Shown: positions 50,539-63,555 of the stretch, piece after piece
How positions within the stretch are numbered: the stretch's first letter is position 1
Layout of the letters: every line of letters begins with the position of its first letter
NCBI RefSeq assembly: GCF_009834535.1
Contig: NC_045696.1
Location: forward strand, 36,768,001 to 36,832,000
Direction of reading: 5' to 3'
DNA length: 64,000 nt
Source of the DNA: Camelus ferus
Taxonomy: Eukaryota
Position numbers and translations under genes: made by a program
The notes under the pieces: generated by a model
Told to the model about the DNA's origin: nothing
Database searches by the model: none
Seen by the model: only the letters and a program-made list of their open reading frames with translations

Positions 50539-53241
50539 AAAAACCTTTTGCAATAATCCAGCAAAGAAACGACGATGGCTTGGTGATGGTTGGCCATGGA
50601 AATTGGTAACAAATGATCTGATTCTGGGTACATTTTTAAAGTAGAATTAATTAAATTTCCTGGTAAATTGAATATGGGCTGGAAAAAAGTGAGCATTCAA
50701 AATGGCTCCAAATTTTGGGGAGGATGAAGTTGCCATCATTTGTGATTTGGAATATTTTGAGTAAAGCCAGAATATTGGGAGAAGATCCACCGTTTACTTT
50801 AAAAACATAGATAGGTATGTTTTTAGCTAACAAACCATGATTTCAAATTACTGATTTCCTTCAAACATTACATACATTCTAGCATTTACATTTGTCCTGT
50901 TGAAAAATCTGGCAGTGAAAATGACTTACAATTACAGTTGGTATTTCTAAGATTCCCTCGGCATATAAGTTGCATTTGGAAAACTTATGAGGTCCCTATT
51001 CAATTGCTTTTTTAAAAATTTCTTTTTTGACAAATTTAGTATCTACAAAATATTATAATATCACACAATTTCCTTTTTTAAAAATTGGATCCAGATGTTT
51101 AGAATAACATTAAATTTATAGGGTTCAGAAATGACTGGTGGAAATAAAGTAAATAATAATTTAAAAGTTAATATATATATTTTTAATTTTTAGAAGCTTT
51201 TCTTCATTTCCTTCTTCTCTTTGATTCTTCTAACATCCTCTTTCCTTTTTTCCCCTTTCCTTCTTTCCTTCCATGCTTTTCCTTTAATTATAGTTTATTT
51301 AGTTTATTTAATTGAACATTTACTATATTCCAGATACTAAAATAGGTATTTTAAAAGATACAAAAGTAAATAAATTGCAGGTGCATTTAAATAATTGAAC
51401 ATTTATTAGAGGATATAAAATATTGCCCCTGCTACATATAATACAACATTGAAGATGTTAAGTGGAATGAAAAAGATACAGACAGATTTTAAAAAAGTGA
51501 TCATTTAATGCTGTCCTATGTTGCACCTTATATAAATAAATTTAATATACAAAAATAATTGTTATATAATTAAGTGTGCCAGATTTCCTTATGGTACACC
51601 AGGTTTTATTATAAAGTGAATTCAAATTTTTAGGGTGAAAAAGTAAAATGTAAACTTTCTAAACATTTTCTGTGGCTATAAGCATTCAGGAATAAAGGAG
51701 AAATAAAGTGCAAGGGCAAATGGAATCTTTTTATCGATTTTAAACGTTCAGTACATATCATGCTTACATGAGTCTTGAAAGAATTCTGTAGAAAGATTCA
51801 GTCTCATTTGCACAAATAACCCTTGGCAGGTATTATTCCACAAGGTCCTTGAAATTCCTACTAATAATATTGTCTGAATGCCACATGAAAGTGCTGTGCT
51901 TAACTCTCAGTTTTATTTGCCATCTATTTACTGAATTGCTAAATTTGCAGTCTGAATTTAGCTGTCTGACCCTGAGAAGGCCTGGTAAAAAAAATACAGA
52001 GAGGTGTCATTAGTTTGAATAAAACATAACTGCCCTGAGAAGTCCCATTTATCTCCACTAAACAGAAAAATCTCCTGGGCTGAGGAAAGAGATATAAACT
52101 CATAGCTGTAAGTGTTGTTATTTACAAAGTAGCTGAAGAAGTGGACCAGAATTTTATAGATAAGAACTTTAACTAATTCTCTGAAAAATGATGTGAAGAA
52201 TTTGGTATGGCTTCTTATCATGGAAAAGTATAATATTATGATAATATACTGATGTTTAGAACTTTTTAGTAATGAAGTATTAGCATCTACATCTTTATTA
52301 TAAACCACATTGGTAACCCTGGCATTGAGAATATCACCTACCCCAGCCTTAAGTCTGGGAAAGGATGAAATTCTAAATGACTAATTTGAGAAAATGGATT
52401 CCAGAGACATCAACCAAAATAAAGCTCCACTCTGTTATCCTTATAGAGAGGATATGGCTGTAGAGCATAGGAAGATGCCTATGAACATATGAGTAGGGAT
52501 CTGCTGACAGGTGTGAGATTTACAAGGAAAGTTAGTATAGAAATAAAAAGTAAAAATTTGAACCCTTCCAGATGTCAGATCAGCTATGGTCTCTTGTACT
52601 TTAATACAACTTATGAATAGTCCTTTGGGATCTAAGTTTAGTTTTAATTTCATTGGTGTCTCAAGGGCTTAACTTTTGGATCATAAACAAGGGTTTAGCC
52701 TGGACCAAATCTTGGATCCTCCTGAATCACATGTGTCTATTCTGGTTTAAGCTTTGGCCGAGATTTCAATAATACAGCACTAGCCCCACTGTAAGTTACT
52801 GGGTTTTACTCACGCTAACTTTTTGGTTCCAGTATAATTCTCATACAGTCACATTAATTCCTATGACAACTGACACTGCTCCATTAGGAAATACACCCAT
52901 TCAAATTTTAGCATGGCCTTTTACATTCTGAGTGTTTTCAGTGTTGATTATCTTAAAATTATCTAACACAAGAAAAAAAAAACACCTTTTTTTGTTATTA
53001 GCACTCTGATAATAATTAACACCCTTGTGCTACTTTCTATTTGAGAATAATAAAACAAATTTTTAAACGTTTTGGTAAAACTTTATTGAAGACACAGAAT
53101 CCTTGAAGTGTCTGTCTGATAAACTCACTCCTCAATTTGATTCTAATTTTTCTCCAACTGCTGTCTTGGGTTTCTCAAAGCAACAATTTTTGAAATTGAC
53201 AGCTGTTATGGAAATGGAAAATGCTAACATAACAGGGATAA

Positions 53242-55672
53242 TAGGACAAAGAATGCTCATCAGACTCTGTGTTTTTTCCTCATTTTCCTGTATTCCGTAC
53301 TCCTCAGTGTTTCTCAGTTCCTTTACATTTAGAATAAGGATATAGAACTGAGTTCTGATCAATGAAATGTACAAAATGATACAGACTACTTCAAGGCCTA
53401 GCCCATAGAAATCCTACATGTAAAATTCCACTCTCTTTTCACATTACATGGCAGTTGTGGAGACAACAATGAAAATTATAGGGTCTAAGACGAAAATGCC
53501 AGGGTTTCTAAGTGACTCTATGGATCCTTCACCTAATTGATTCTTTTTGGAAATTGCTATACCAAAAAGAGCCATGCCTGGCCCAGTTGATACGACTGAG
53601 CAACACAACATCTGTAATCTAGTCTTTCAGCTGGTTGCAAAGATGATGTGGGACTTGGGGTCATCTCCTTTGGAGACGGTTTTCTATGTGTGGAAAGAAA
53701 AAAGCGAAAGAGAGATGTAATCATTATGTAAACCATCAATGAGTTAGATTATTGAGATTTGTGGGTTGCTTCTTATAACAGCACATAGACAATACTAAAA
53801 CTGAAATCTTGAAATGGGACACTGCTATTAAAAAAACCCTCAAAATATATGATGTTATCATAATTGTCTAAAAGGAGGCAATAAACAGATATCAGAGAGT
53901 AGAAATATGGTGATATATGTTAATTAAATACCAAAACCCTTTATAAAAATGTTGCCTGTATTAACTGATGACAGATTTCAATTATAATGGAGTAATCATA
54001 GTTCAGACGTACAAAATGGAGTTGGGTGGCCATTGAGGATCTGGTTTCAGACACTTTCCTACACCGCTAAGAACCTGAACATTCTGTAAACTATACCTAA
54101 CCCAAGGACACCAGCTGTTTTTAAAATATCTGCTAGTTGTGACCTGTGTCTCAAGATTGTTCCCACTTGTAACTATGCAGCCACTTTGGGCCCCAACCAG
54201 TCTTTACTTTACAAGCACCCTTACTTCTTGCCAGCTCCAATTATAATTCTTGATTAAAAAAAAAAACAAAACTCATGTAACTAGTTGTAACCTGCAGCTC
54301 TTGCCTTTATAAGCCTCCCCCATTTTGTAGTCTGGAGGAACACAATTCAGGTGCTTCTTGAATCTGTGTCTCCTAGTCTGTAGCCTTAACAAACACCAAA
54401 TAAATGCCTCTTTATTTCATTCACATCTCTGGTTCTGAAATTTTGGTTAACACAAAGTTGAAGGCAATGTATACACCTATACACTTAGCATCTCTAAGTG
54501 CTGGGGGAGAAAAGAGTCAGTGACTATTGATATTGTCTGTATTTAGCACAGTATTTCAACAAGAGATGAGTATAGAAGAGAATTAGAAATTGAATGGTTT
54601 GAAAGCAAAAATAAAGGAAATAGTTCACAAATTCAGGACCTCAGTGGTCTTAAAATCAACTGCTTCTAAATATCATATAGTAGTAAATAGGATGGAGAAA
54701 TTTTTCACCACTAAAGGTCCATTAAGACCCAGTATTGGGTCCAAAATTAGATAAAAGGTGGCTTTCTCTTGCTAACACCTGAGAATCCCAATGTTGCTTC
54801 TGGCAAGGTGGGAGAAAGAAAGCAAACATAAAGAAAACTTTAGACTTGTGTCTGAAAAGAGCTTCAGATGTGTTTCTAGTACATAGAATAACTGAAACCC
54901 AAAAAGTTTAGAAGCTTTAGAAGTACCAAACAAATTTCGCTGAATTCTGAAATTCAGTTATGTCTAAGGGTATCTGATTCATAACCTGTTAACTGGATTT
55001 TAGTGTGGGGTTGTAGAGTGAGCAGATGCCTAGCTTTAAGACCTTAAGTTGCTGGCCCAGGACAAGCCACTTCTGATCTCAGTAGAGATGATTGAACAGC
55101 ACAACATCTAAAATTTCTGGTCTTTCCATTGGATGCAAAGATGAAATGGAATTAGAAGTTTTCTTTGGGAAAGAGAAACAGAAGGTTCTATGCGTGGAAT
55201 GAGAAGAGCGAAAGTGTATTTGGTGATAGAATGATAGAGCGTGGCAGAGAAAGCCAGAGCTTACTAACTTGTTTTCCCTCTCCTTTCTAGACACAGAAAT
55301 GAAGAGCACTTCTTTTTCAGTTAGTCTGGGACCATGTGCTTTGGTTCTGGTCAGTGGATTGTAGACAGAGTGAGGTATACTGCTTTCAAACTTGACACAT
55401 AAAAATTTGTCAGATACTATCTACCATCAACTCTCCATTCTGTAGCAAAATTGGAGGCCCAGGCTGGGATTAAAGATGGTGTTACCACAGGCTGGAATAA
55501 AGTAGGAACTCTGAATAACTGCTTGAGAAAAATTCCTTTTTCTTTTCTATTCCCGACTACCCAACCCAAACTGAAACGTGAAGGACAAACAAATAAATCT
55601 TTGTTTATTTGTGTTAAGCAATTGATATTTGGAGTTTGTCTTTTACATGATTAGAATATTCTATTAAATACA
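53242..55672 (+). mobile_element. MaLR provirus remnant (MLT1H-J group): LTR ~53242-53801, internal, LTR ~55240-55672
   Basis: Two related MLT1 LTRs (gagttctgatcaatgaaatgta / ggttctggtcagtggattgta; both end with ttgagatttg/ttgatatttgg motifs) flank MLT-internal-like sequence. Confidence 0.55.
53983..54452 (+). mobile_element. ERV1-type solo LTR inside MaLR internal region
   Basis: caaaatggagt near start, tttataa near 54306, aataaa near 54399, ends ggttaaca. Left edge approximate. Confidence 0.65.
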
Positions 55673-58600
55673 CACACACAGATACACACACATTCCCATG
55701 AGACTGAAATTGGGACTTTCTGAAACATTTGAGACACATAGTTAGAGTATATACTATATAAAACCTTACTCCAAGAAATGGATTATATAATCTTGTCATC
55801 TGGAAAATAATAGAGACAGAACCCACAGGAGGGAAATTTACTGGGAATGGATGATGTATGATGATTTGGGGGGAAATTTAAAAATATTCCTATTCTTCCT
55901 TTCCTGAAGACTCAATTTAACAATAGGCAGAAAAAAATACAGAAGATGTCTAGGCTGAACTTTTGAAATTTTTAGAATAACTGGGCACACATCAAGAAGG
56001 ATTAGAACCCAGTTAGAATGTCCAAAACAAAGGAATTATTTTGAATAAATAAAAAGGCTAGCAGCGATAGGGTATATCACGTAGGACAAATCTACCATAT
56101 GGCTATTGTAGAAGTTAGGATGTCCGTAAAATGCTAGTGCTTAAAGAGTTCTAGTTACCCAAGAGACGTGGTTACAACCAGCTGGCCAGGAACGTAGTGT
56201 GAGTGAGTCCTAGAGAAACGCAGAAGGCTACCACTCAATAAGGTATGGAAATGCCCTGGATCCTGGAGAACAGCCCACATCTATCGATCTGCAAACCATG
56301 ATAGTCCATATGATAGACTGAAAGGTGGGAGTGAAGGGGCTACAGGAACTTGGGGACACCCAGGTGCTCCTTGGGGGCTGCCAAATCGTCTAGTCAAAAA
56401 TAAGGGTTTCTATGTGCAGTTCATTTGACTGGCTGCTGTTTTCTTTCACTTATTCCTCCTATAAAAGTAAATTTTTCAAAGATTGTAAGTCTATCACCCG
56501 GAATAGTGTTTGGCTGTGGAAGATACTCAATAAAGATTTATTTAGTAAGTAATACGTATATTCTGTTGGTATGACTTCGCCTCTCCACCTGTATTCTAAT
56601 ATATATGTATTTGTTTGTTTTTGTTTGTTTTTGTTTTTTGGTGGGAGGAAGAGAGGTTTCTAAGTCTTAAGAAACAGCAGAAATAGAATAACTTTTTCAA
56701 GATTAGAATCTGAAACAATAATCTATATAAAACTATGATTCTATTATTGTAATAATGAAAAAAAGCCAAACTACTGTAATTTCATCTCTTTTTATTTGTT
56801 TGTTTGTTTTTTATCATGATATTTAGGTAAGGAACAAAATTGGGTAGTTTATTTCAGAACTACATTTAGAATTTACTGTTGTCCTACAGGTGTCCAGAGA
56901 ATTGATGTTCTTATTTCAGCTTGAGTTTTTGAAATGCTTATTTATTGAACCTGTCTCTAGTGTTTGGTCTTTACTAATTGTTTTTTGAAGGACCTCATTA
57001 CCAGAGTCCTAAGGAGTTTCCTTTCCCTCACCATCACTCCTCCACCACATTTGTTCTTTTCCTTTCTTAGACTAGAAAATGACAAAAAAGCAACTATATT
57101 CACAACTGCTTGAATGTTGGAGCATTTGATAAGTCAAGGCATTGTGGATGGAGTGAGACATCTGTCATTGCCTGTCTTGTTATTAATGGGATTCTAATTA
57201 GACCAATCCGTTTTAACTGGTATGCTGTCATGTAGCAATCTAATAAAACACTGTGTCTAGGAAAATTGATCTGGCCTGGATGCTAATTACTCTCCTAGAC
57301 TCTAAGCTTTATAAAAATAGGAATTGATTGCTCCTAGGCAACCTATATTCTTTCTCCTTTGCTTTGTCTTCCCTTGCTTTCTTACACACACAGTTTTCTA
57401 CTTAAATTGTCTCCTTAATTCATATTGTGTTCTCGTTTTCAATTTATTTTAACCGTACCTTGGACTTTTGTGTTACCTGAAAAGAGCAGGGCTTTATCAC
57501 TTGTCAGAGGAAACAGTCCTCAGTTAAACTTTTCCTCTAGGAAATGTAGCAGATCATAGTCTTATAATCTTAAAGGCTGTCTCAGAGTTACAGCTGACAG
57601 GGTTAGACCTAGGTCAGCCTCCGCATATATCAAAGTCAGAGAAGGTTGTAGCTGGGATCAGAGAAGACAGTAATATTAACATTACAAAAGAAGTATCTTA
57701 ATAATTTTTATATGAGATTTGTTACCGACTGTTTTCTGAAAGTAGCATGGCATTTTTAAGGTTAAATAAATGAATAGTTCCAGTAATCAAGTGACTGGTG
57801 TTTTCTTAGCTACTATTTAATTTTCTTTTAAATCAGAATTATTTGAGATAATTGATATTTTCTTTTAGTTATAATGTACTTAGAATACAAATCTTGAAAA
57901 CTGACAAATGTTTAGATTCATTTTTAGCTCATTAACTGTGCATCTGGGCTTTTTATAAAATTGCTGTTGGAAAGAATATTTAAACATATATTCCTACCTA
58001 GAATGAACTGAATTATATTTTTTCTCTTATTTTTAAACCAAATTTATTTTAATGATATTTTAAATCCAATGGCAAGTATGAGTTAATTCAAAGCAAGAGA
58101 TTTCTTGATCTTCATAAAATTTTTTTTCTATTATGTTAGCATAACAATGGCTTTAGACATTGATGATCTTCATTAACTGTCTAAATTTATTTTGGGGGAG
58201 TGGCCCTCAAGAAGTGAGTATCTCTAAAATTTCCTAAAATACCTGTAGAGTGTCTTGTAGGACACTGGGAACATATTCATGTATGTCTTTAGAAATCCAT
58301 TTAATTTTACCTTGTGGATGAGGTTAAAGGAAAATTAAGTTGAATTGATATTGATTCCTAAGACCATGTCTCTCAGTGTGATCTGGCACAGCAACCAATC
58401 CATGAACTATTTCATAATGACATGGAAGCTTATGCCAGAATGAAAATCACCCAAGTCATTAAGCACACTGTTCAGGTCAACTGACTTTTTTTTTTTTTTT
58501 TTTTTTTTTTTAATAACAAGTCTTTATCAGTGAAGGAAGCAGCAAATTGAATTACATTCTGGCACAAGCTCCTTAGTTTATTATGTGTTGACACTCTGAG

Positions 58601-59339
58601 TAGCCCTGATGTAGACAGTCTGGCCAAACTTAAAAGGTAAAAGATGTTTTCCAATGATCAATGTCTGCACAGATCATATAATAGTGACGAGGGAGGTGAG
58701 CTCCAAGGGTCCTGTCTTCACCTAGGAGTTTCACTATGTTCAAAGCATATCATTTGTTATATTCTTGATGAATCTCACTGGAATCCCACTGTTGGAATGT
58801 GGAAGAAGCAATATTAGGAAGAAGTAATGTTTATTTCATTCTAACCAGCATAGGAAAGCTGATTGATAATTTGAAAGTGATGAAACATTTGCAAGAATAT
58901 GGCTTTTTCATGGAAAAAAATCAGTGAACAGTTATAAAGGACATTCTGACCATTGTTAGACATAAAAATAAAAATTTGAGAGAGAATATATATCTTCTAA
59001 AAAACAGAGAACGAATATGCTGAATACTGCAGTCAGAGAGTCAACAGGGGACCATAAGAGAAATTCAAGGCACTCAAGTATGAGACACCTACTCTGCACT
59101 CTTTGAGGATAAGGACTCTGTCTTGTCCACTGCTGAGTCCTTTGTTGCCTGGCCTGGCCCTGCTTGTGCTTATTTCTCTTCACTCATGCATAAAAATAAG
59201 ATCTTAAAAGTGACCACTTGGAGAACTTTTCCTGTGACTCTTGGAGTCTTTGTTTGTCAAAAAAGTGAGACCTACTTTTTGTGGGTTTTCACTCTCTAAG
59301 TGAAAGCTACACTGGAAAAGCATAATGGTGAGAAATGAT

Positions 59340-60070
59340 AGCTAACTAGCTGTTCTGCCTGTGGATCAGGGAAAAGGAATAATCTTATGAATCAACCTGC
59401 CCTCCCAGAATTTATTAAAAAAGTAAGAGTGTTTCTCATAGTCCAGATATGAGTCATTTGGGAAAATAATCAGCTTTGCGTTGCTGAAGTAGCTTTGACC
59501 AAGAGGTCTGATTAGAAGAGCAGTGGAATCCCAACAGACAGAGCTTTATGATGAGGACTGTAGAAACCCAGGGCTGAGGAAGGTGCTGCACTGTCAGTCA
59601 GAGTACATGTCTGAATTAGGGGACTTCAGGGAAGAGATCCCCCAGGACAGAAGAAAGAATCCTCTGCAGAGTCATGAAAGCAGACACTCAGCTCTGAAAG
59701 CTCACAAAGCTCAAGGAGAATCAGATATAAACAACAGCCTGGCCAGAGGAAATTTGGTGTCAGCTGAATGTGACCTCTCCTGACCCTCAAATATTTCTCC
59801 TCCTACTTTTCTCCAACTCCAGAGAAGCTAAAAGACAGCCTAGTGATGATGTGACAGTGGGGATGGGGGAAGACAGAGGTGGGTATTGTAGTCCTTCACA
59901 CCCCTCTTCCCACTCCAGGCTTCCCAAAGATTTTGATTTTTCCAAAAAGTAGCAGATAAATTCACAGAAACAAGGGTATTTAACTGAGGACTAGTTCTGT
60001 TTCCATAAGGATTAGTATAACTGAGAAAACTTGGATAATGAGTAGAAAACATTGTATACTTTCTCTTTAC
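59340..60070. mobile_element. Possible ancient LTR (LTR78-like)
   Basis: Purine-rich, higher-GC block with cccctcttcccactccaggcttccc motif; weak recollection only. Confidence 0.3.
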
Positions 60071-60384
60071 ATAATTTTTTCCAAAAGATTAAATTTAGGT
60101 TTTGTCTCTACCTTTTAAGATGGGTGTTACTGGTTAAGTTATAAGGATTCAGATTTAGAAGAACAAAATGTTGAAGAAAGTTATGAGAAACAGTGAAAGT
60201 AATTAAGTACGTTTAATTATGAGCAAAGGGACGTTTGAGGCAGCCAAAAATATGAAAACTTATTACAGAAAAGAAATTAGTCTTGTTTGTCACATGTTAT
60301 TCCTTATCAGGCAGAGATAAGATTAAGCAGAGCTATGGAATCTTAGATGTCAGAGGACAGAGATCATGGAACTTGGGGCATTCA

Positions 60385-63097
60385 TATGACGGGCTGGCAG
60401 TCAGCTTCAAGTCCAAGGTTATTCTAGTGTGCTGTCCTATACTTCAGGTTCTAGAAAGCTAAAACCCACTGTTCTCAGCTTCCCTTTCAGATATGATTCC
60501 ACCAAATACAGTTGCTCATGTAAAATTCTGAGGGCAGAATTGAAGAAGATGCCATCTTCCTTCTGAAGATATTAGATGTTTTTTTGTTTATTCCTTAAAG
60601 TTGTATGTGCCCAGAAACAGATGTGTCATCAGTGACAGCTGGACTCAAGTTTCAGTGTCCAATCAGGAGACTTGCAGCAGTCACGGCATAGTTACAGAGA
60701 CAACAGGAATGGCTTCCTTACTCCTGTGTCACAGTTGTGTTACTAATTAGTGCTGAACACCAATATTTCAGGCATTCTTCTTCCAAACATGCAAAAAGAT
60801 TGCACTTCTCTAACCTTTTGAAGTAGGTAGGGTCATATTACTTGCTCTGACCAACAGAATGTGAAGGAAGTTATGTGTATTATTTCTAGGTAGACACATA
60901 CAAGAACGGGTATATAATCATCTGTTCTCTTCCCTTGGCCACAGCACAGGTGGAAGAATGTGTTGCAAAGGAGTTTCAATGCTCAGCCATCACATGCATA
61001 GCAGTTGCCCTGAAGAGTCTTCCAGATACGCGGCAGAGCTTGTCTGGGTAAGAAATATACCATCATTTTTTTTCATTATTGTTTTAAATCACCACAATTT
61101 TGGAATTATTTGTTAACCGTAGCATGACCTAGACAAATCTCAATACTGCAGAAACGGATACCAGGTTTGGAATGTTGTAATAACAAAGCCAAAAATACGT
61201 AGCATTGGCTTGAGCAGAAGTGATGAGGAAACTGAGTCTAAAATGTGGCAGTCTATGTAATTCACTGGGAAAATAGTCTGTTAAATGGACTTCTGAGTTA
61301 ACATGGAAGGATAGTTGTATACTTAATGACCTTGTAGTTCTAGAGGAAGAAGTTAGCCAAGTGAACATGGGTAGTTTGGATTGATTACTACTGACTGTTG
61401 TTGATAGGTACTATATGAAAGAAGTGAGTTCAGAAAAGAATTGGACAGTTTAACAAAAAAGAATAAAAAGGAAGAGAAATAAACTAGAAAACGGGATTTC
61501 TGGGGTTGGAAGAGGCAGCTATTTCTCAGCTGTTCGCAGTACATGTAAAAACTAGAGAAGGCTTTGAATTATAAGATTCAAATTAATGGGATGACCATCA
61601 CATCTGTTATAATCTTTGAATGGATTAAAGTATTTCAGGTTTAAGATCCAATTAAAAGTGTGGCTGAATAAATCTTTTAATTAGTTAAAATATCTCATGG
61701 CAAAGTGATTATGGTATGTTTCAATCACACAGCTACCACAATCAAAGCACACAGAATCACAACTAGATCAAAAGAGAGAGAGGGTGGTGAGAGTGAAACT
61801 AAATACATACAGCAAATGTGAAAACAATGTCTTAGAGGAACTGTCCGTTTTGTCATTAGCATGTTATTGATTAGACTCAAATTGTCTACTAAATTTTTCA
61901 AGAGATTTTTTTTTTTTTTTACCAAAAGAAGCAAAGGCTAAACTAAAAGTAATCTCTAACTGAAGACTTAATAGTGAGAATTTGACTCACAAACTAGTAA
62001 TGGCAGGAATTGGTTCGAGAAGACTGCTCAGCCACAAAGGGCGTATTTCCCGCCTTCCCAGTTCTGATGTTAACCAAGGAGGAAGATGGCAAAGGAAGGA
62101 TTTCTCAGGGACCACAGAGTCAGGGAGAGGAGATACTCCTCATGAGCAGTGAAAAGGCATAATGAGGGGATGCTCCCAGCCACGGAATAGAAAGCCCACT
62201 GGGAATTCAGAATTGCTACAGAATTGAATCCTCTTCGTCTCAATACGGAAGTGTTCATTGCAATAATCCTGTCAACTCCTATAAACTGCACACCACCTAT
62301 CCTTTTAATTTATAAGCTTCTGCCTCAACAGCTACCACTCCTGGACTTGAGGTAGAGACTTTCATGAATGCCAAGAAGTTCTTGGCTTTCAGTTTAATGC
62401 CACAATTAAATTTGGCTTTGGGACATTAAAAGGACATACTACAGTAGTCATCAGTGCTGCTCACCAATTTTGCTAATCATTCTTCTTCCAGACCCAAGTT
62501 ATGGATAAACTTCCCTGCCCACGAGAAGTTAGGAGTAGTCATATGACTTGTTTTGGCTGATGAAAATAGAGCAAAAGTGGCATATGTAATTTTGGGAAGA
62601 AAGTGTATAAGAACCATTGAACTATTTTTTTTTTAAAGTCTGTTTTCCTCTCCTGCATTGGGGCTCATACAAGTCCATGTTTATATAGAGATACAACTAT
62701 GAGACATCTCACAGAAGACCACAATCTGGGAGAATATTCACGACCTACTTTGCATGAGCAAGAAATAAGGCTTTATTGTTTTAATTCAGTGAGATTTTTA
62801 GTTGTTTTTTAATTGCAACATGACATAGCCTAAACTTAATAATACAACACAAATGGGTTTTGGTCCTAAACCTAAATTCTAGTACTAACCACTTGATTCC
62901 TTAGCTCCCTGATTATGACAGAAATTGCAACTCCCTGGAAAGCTAAGGCAAGCCTGAAGTTCTGTGAATTTCAGCTTCTTATTAGGAGTTCAGCTCTTCT
63001 AACAATTTTATAAGTACCTAATGCTCTATTAAATTCCTTTCTTTAAAAAACACCTACAGTCTGTTTGGTTTCCTAAAACTAAACCCTATGCCCATCA
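60385..63097 (+). mobile_element. ERVL LTR (LTR33/41-like) split by a MaLR provirus; halves ~60385-60735 and ~62847-63097
   Basis: Left: ctagaaagctaaaacccactgttctcagcttccctt; right: ctattaaattcctttctttaaaaaacacctacag...tttcctaaaactaaaccct. Confidence 0.5.
60736..62846 (+). mobile_element. MaLR provirus remnant (MLT1H/I-like): LTR 60736-61150, internal 61151-62439, LTR 62440-62846
   Basis: LTR starts align (tgtgttactaattagtgctgaacaccaat / tacagtagtcatcagtgctgctcaccaat), both contain cattcttcttcca and gtcatat.acttg; internal part begins gaaacggataccag, like the MLT-int start. Confidence 0.7.
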
Positions 63098-63399
63098 GGG
63101 TGATGCTACAGGTCAAGGGTTAGGAGAGAGAGTCTACACTTGGCAGATAATTGGATAGACAAGGTGGCAGTAGAGGTGAAAGTTAAAAAATTCAGAAATC
63201 CGGTTATGAAGGCTTTAGAAATTGATATAGCCTGAATTATGGAATGTAAATCTGAACAAATTTCCAAGATGACTTGCTTAGGAATTTTAAATGATTCTAG
63301 TAAAGACCTGTGTGGGAATGGTAGATTAATTCAAGAAAACTACAGTGATGGCAGATGTGTTTTTTGGGTGGTCCCATGCAGGCAATGGGACTAAACTGC

Positions 63400-63555
63400 T
63401 GTACTTAATATGTGAAACAACTTTCTAAAACTCTGAAATAATTCAACCTTCCTATCTTTCCTGTGAGGCAATGGGCTTCTTTTTACAGGAAGTGTCCAAG
63501 CGTTTTTTGCATGATACTGGTAAAGGATACTGCTGAGAGAGTTTCCATATCAGAA
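63400..63555 (+). mobile_element. L3/CR1 3' fragment
   Basis: gtgaggcaatgggcttct...caggaagtgtccaagc. Confidence 0.4.

Larger units (their letters stand above)
49180..50770 (-). mobile_element. L2 element split by two later insertions
   Basis: L2 motifs aaaagatcactct | ggagaatagatt...gagaccagtta | gcaataatccag...gatggcttgg join once the inserts are removed. Confidence 0.7.

Noticed and set aside
58486..58511. Long poly-T tract (similar at 15890-15911; poly-A at 31155, 47757, 63584)
   Set aside because: No adjacent retroelement body or TSD discernible; treated as simple mononucleotide repeats.
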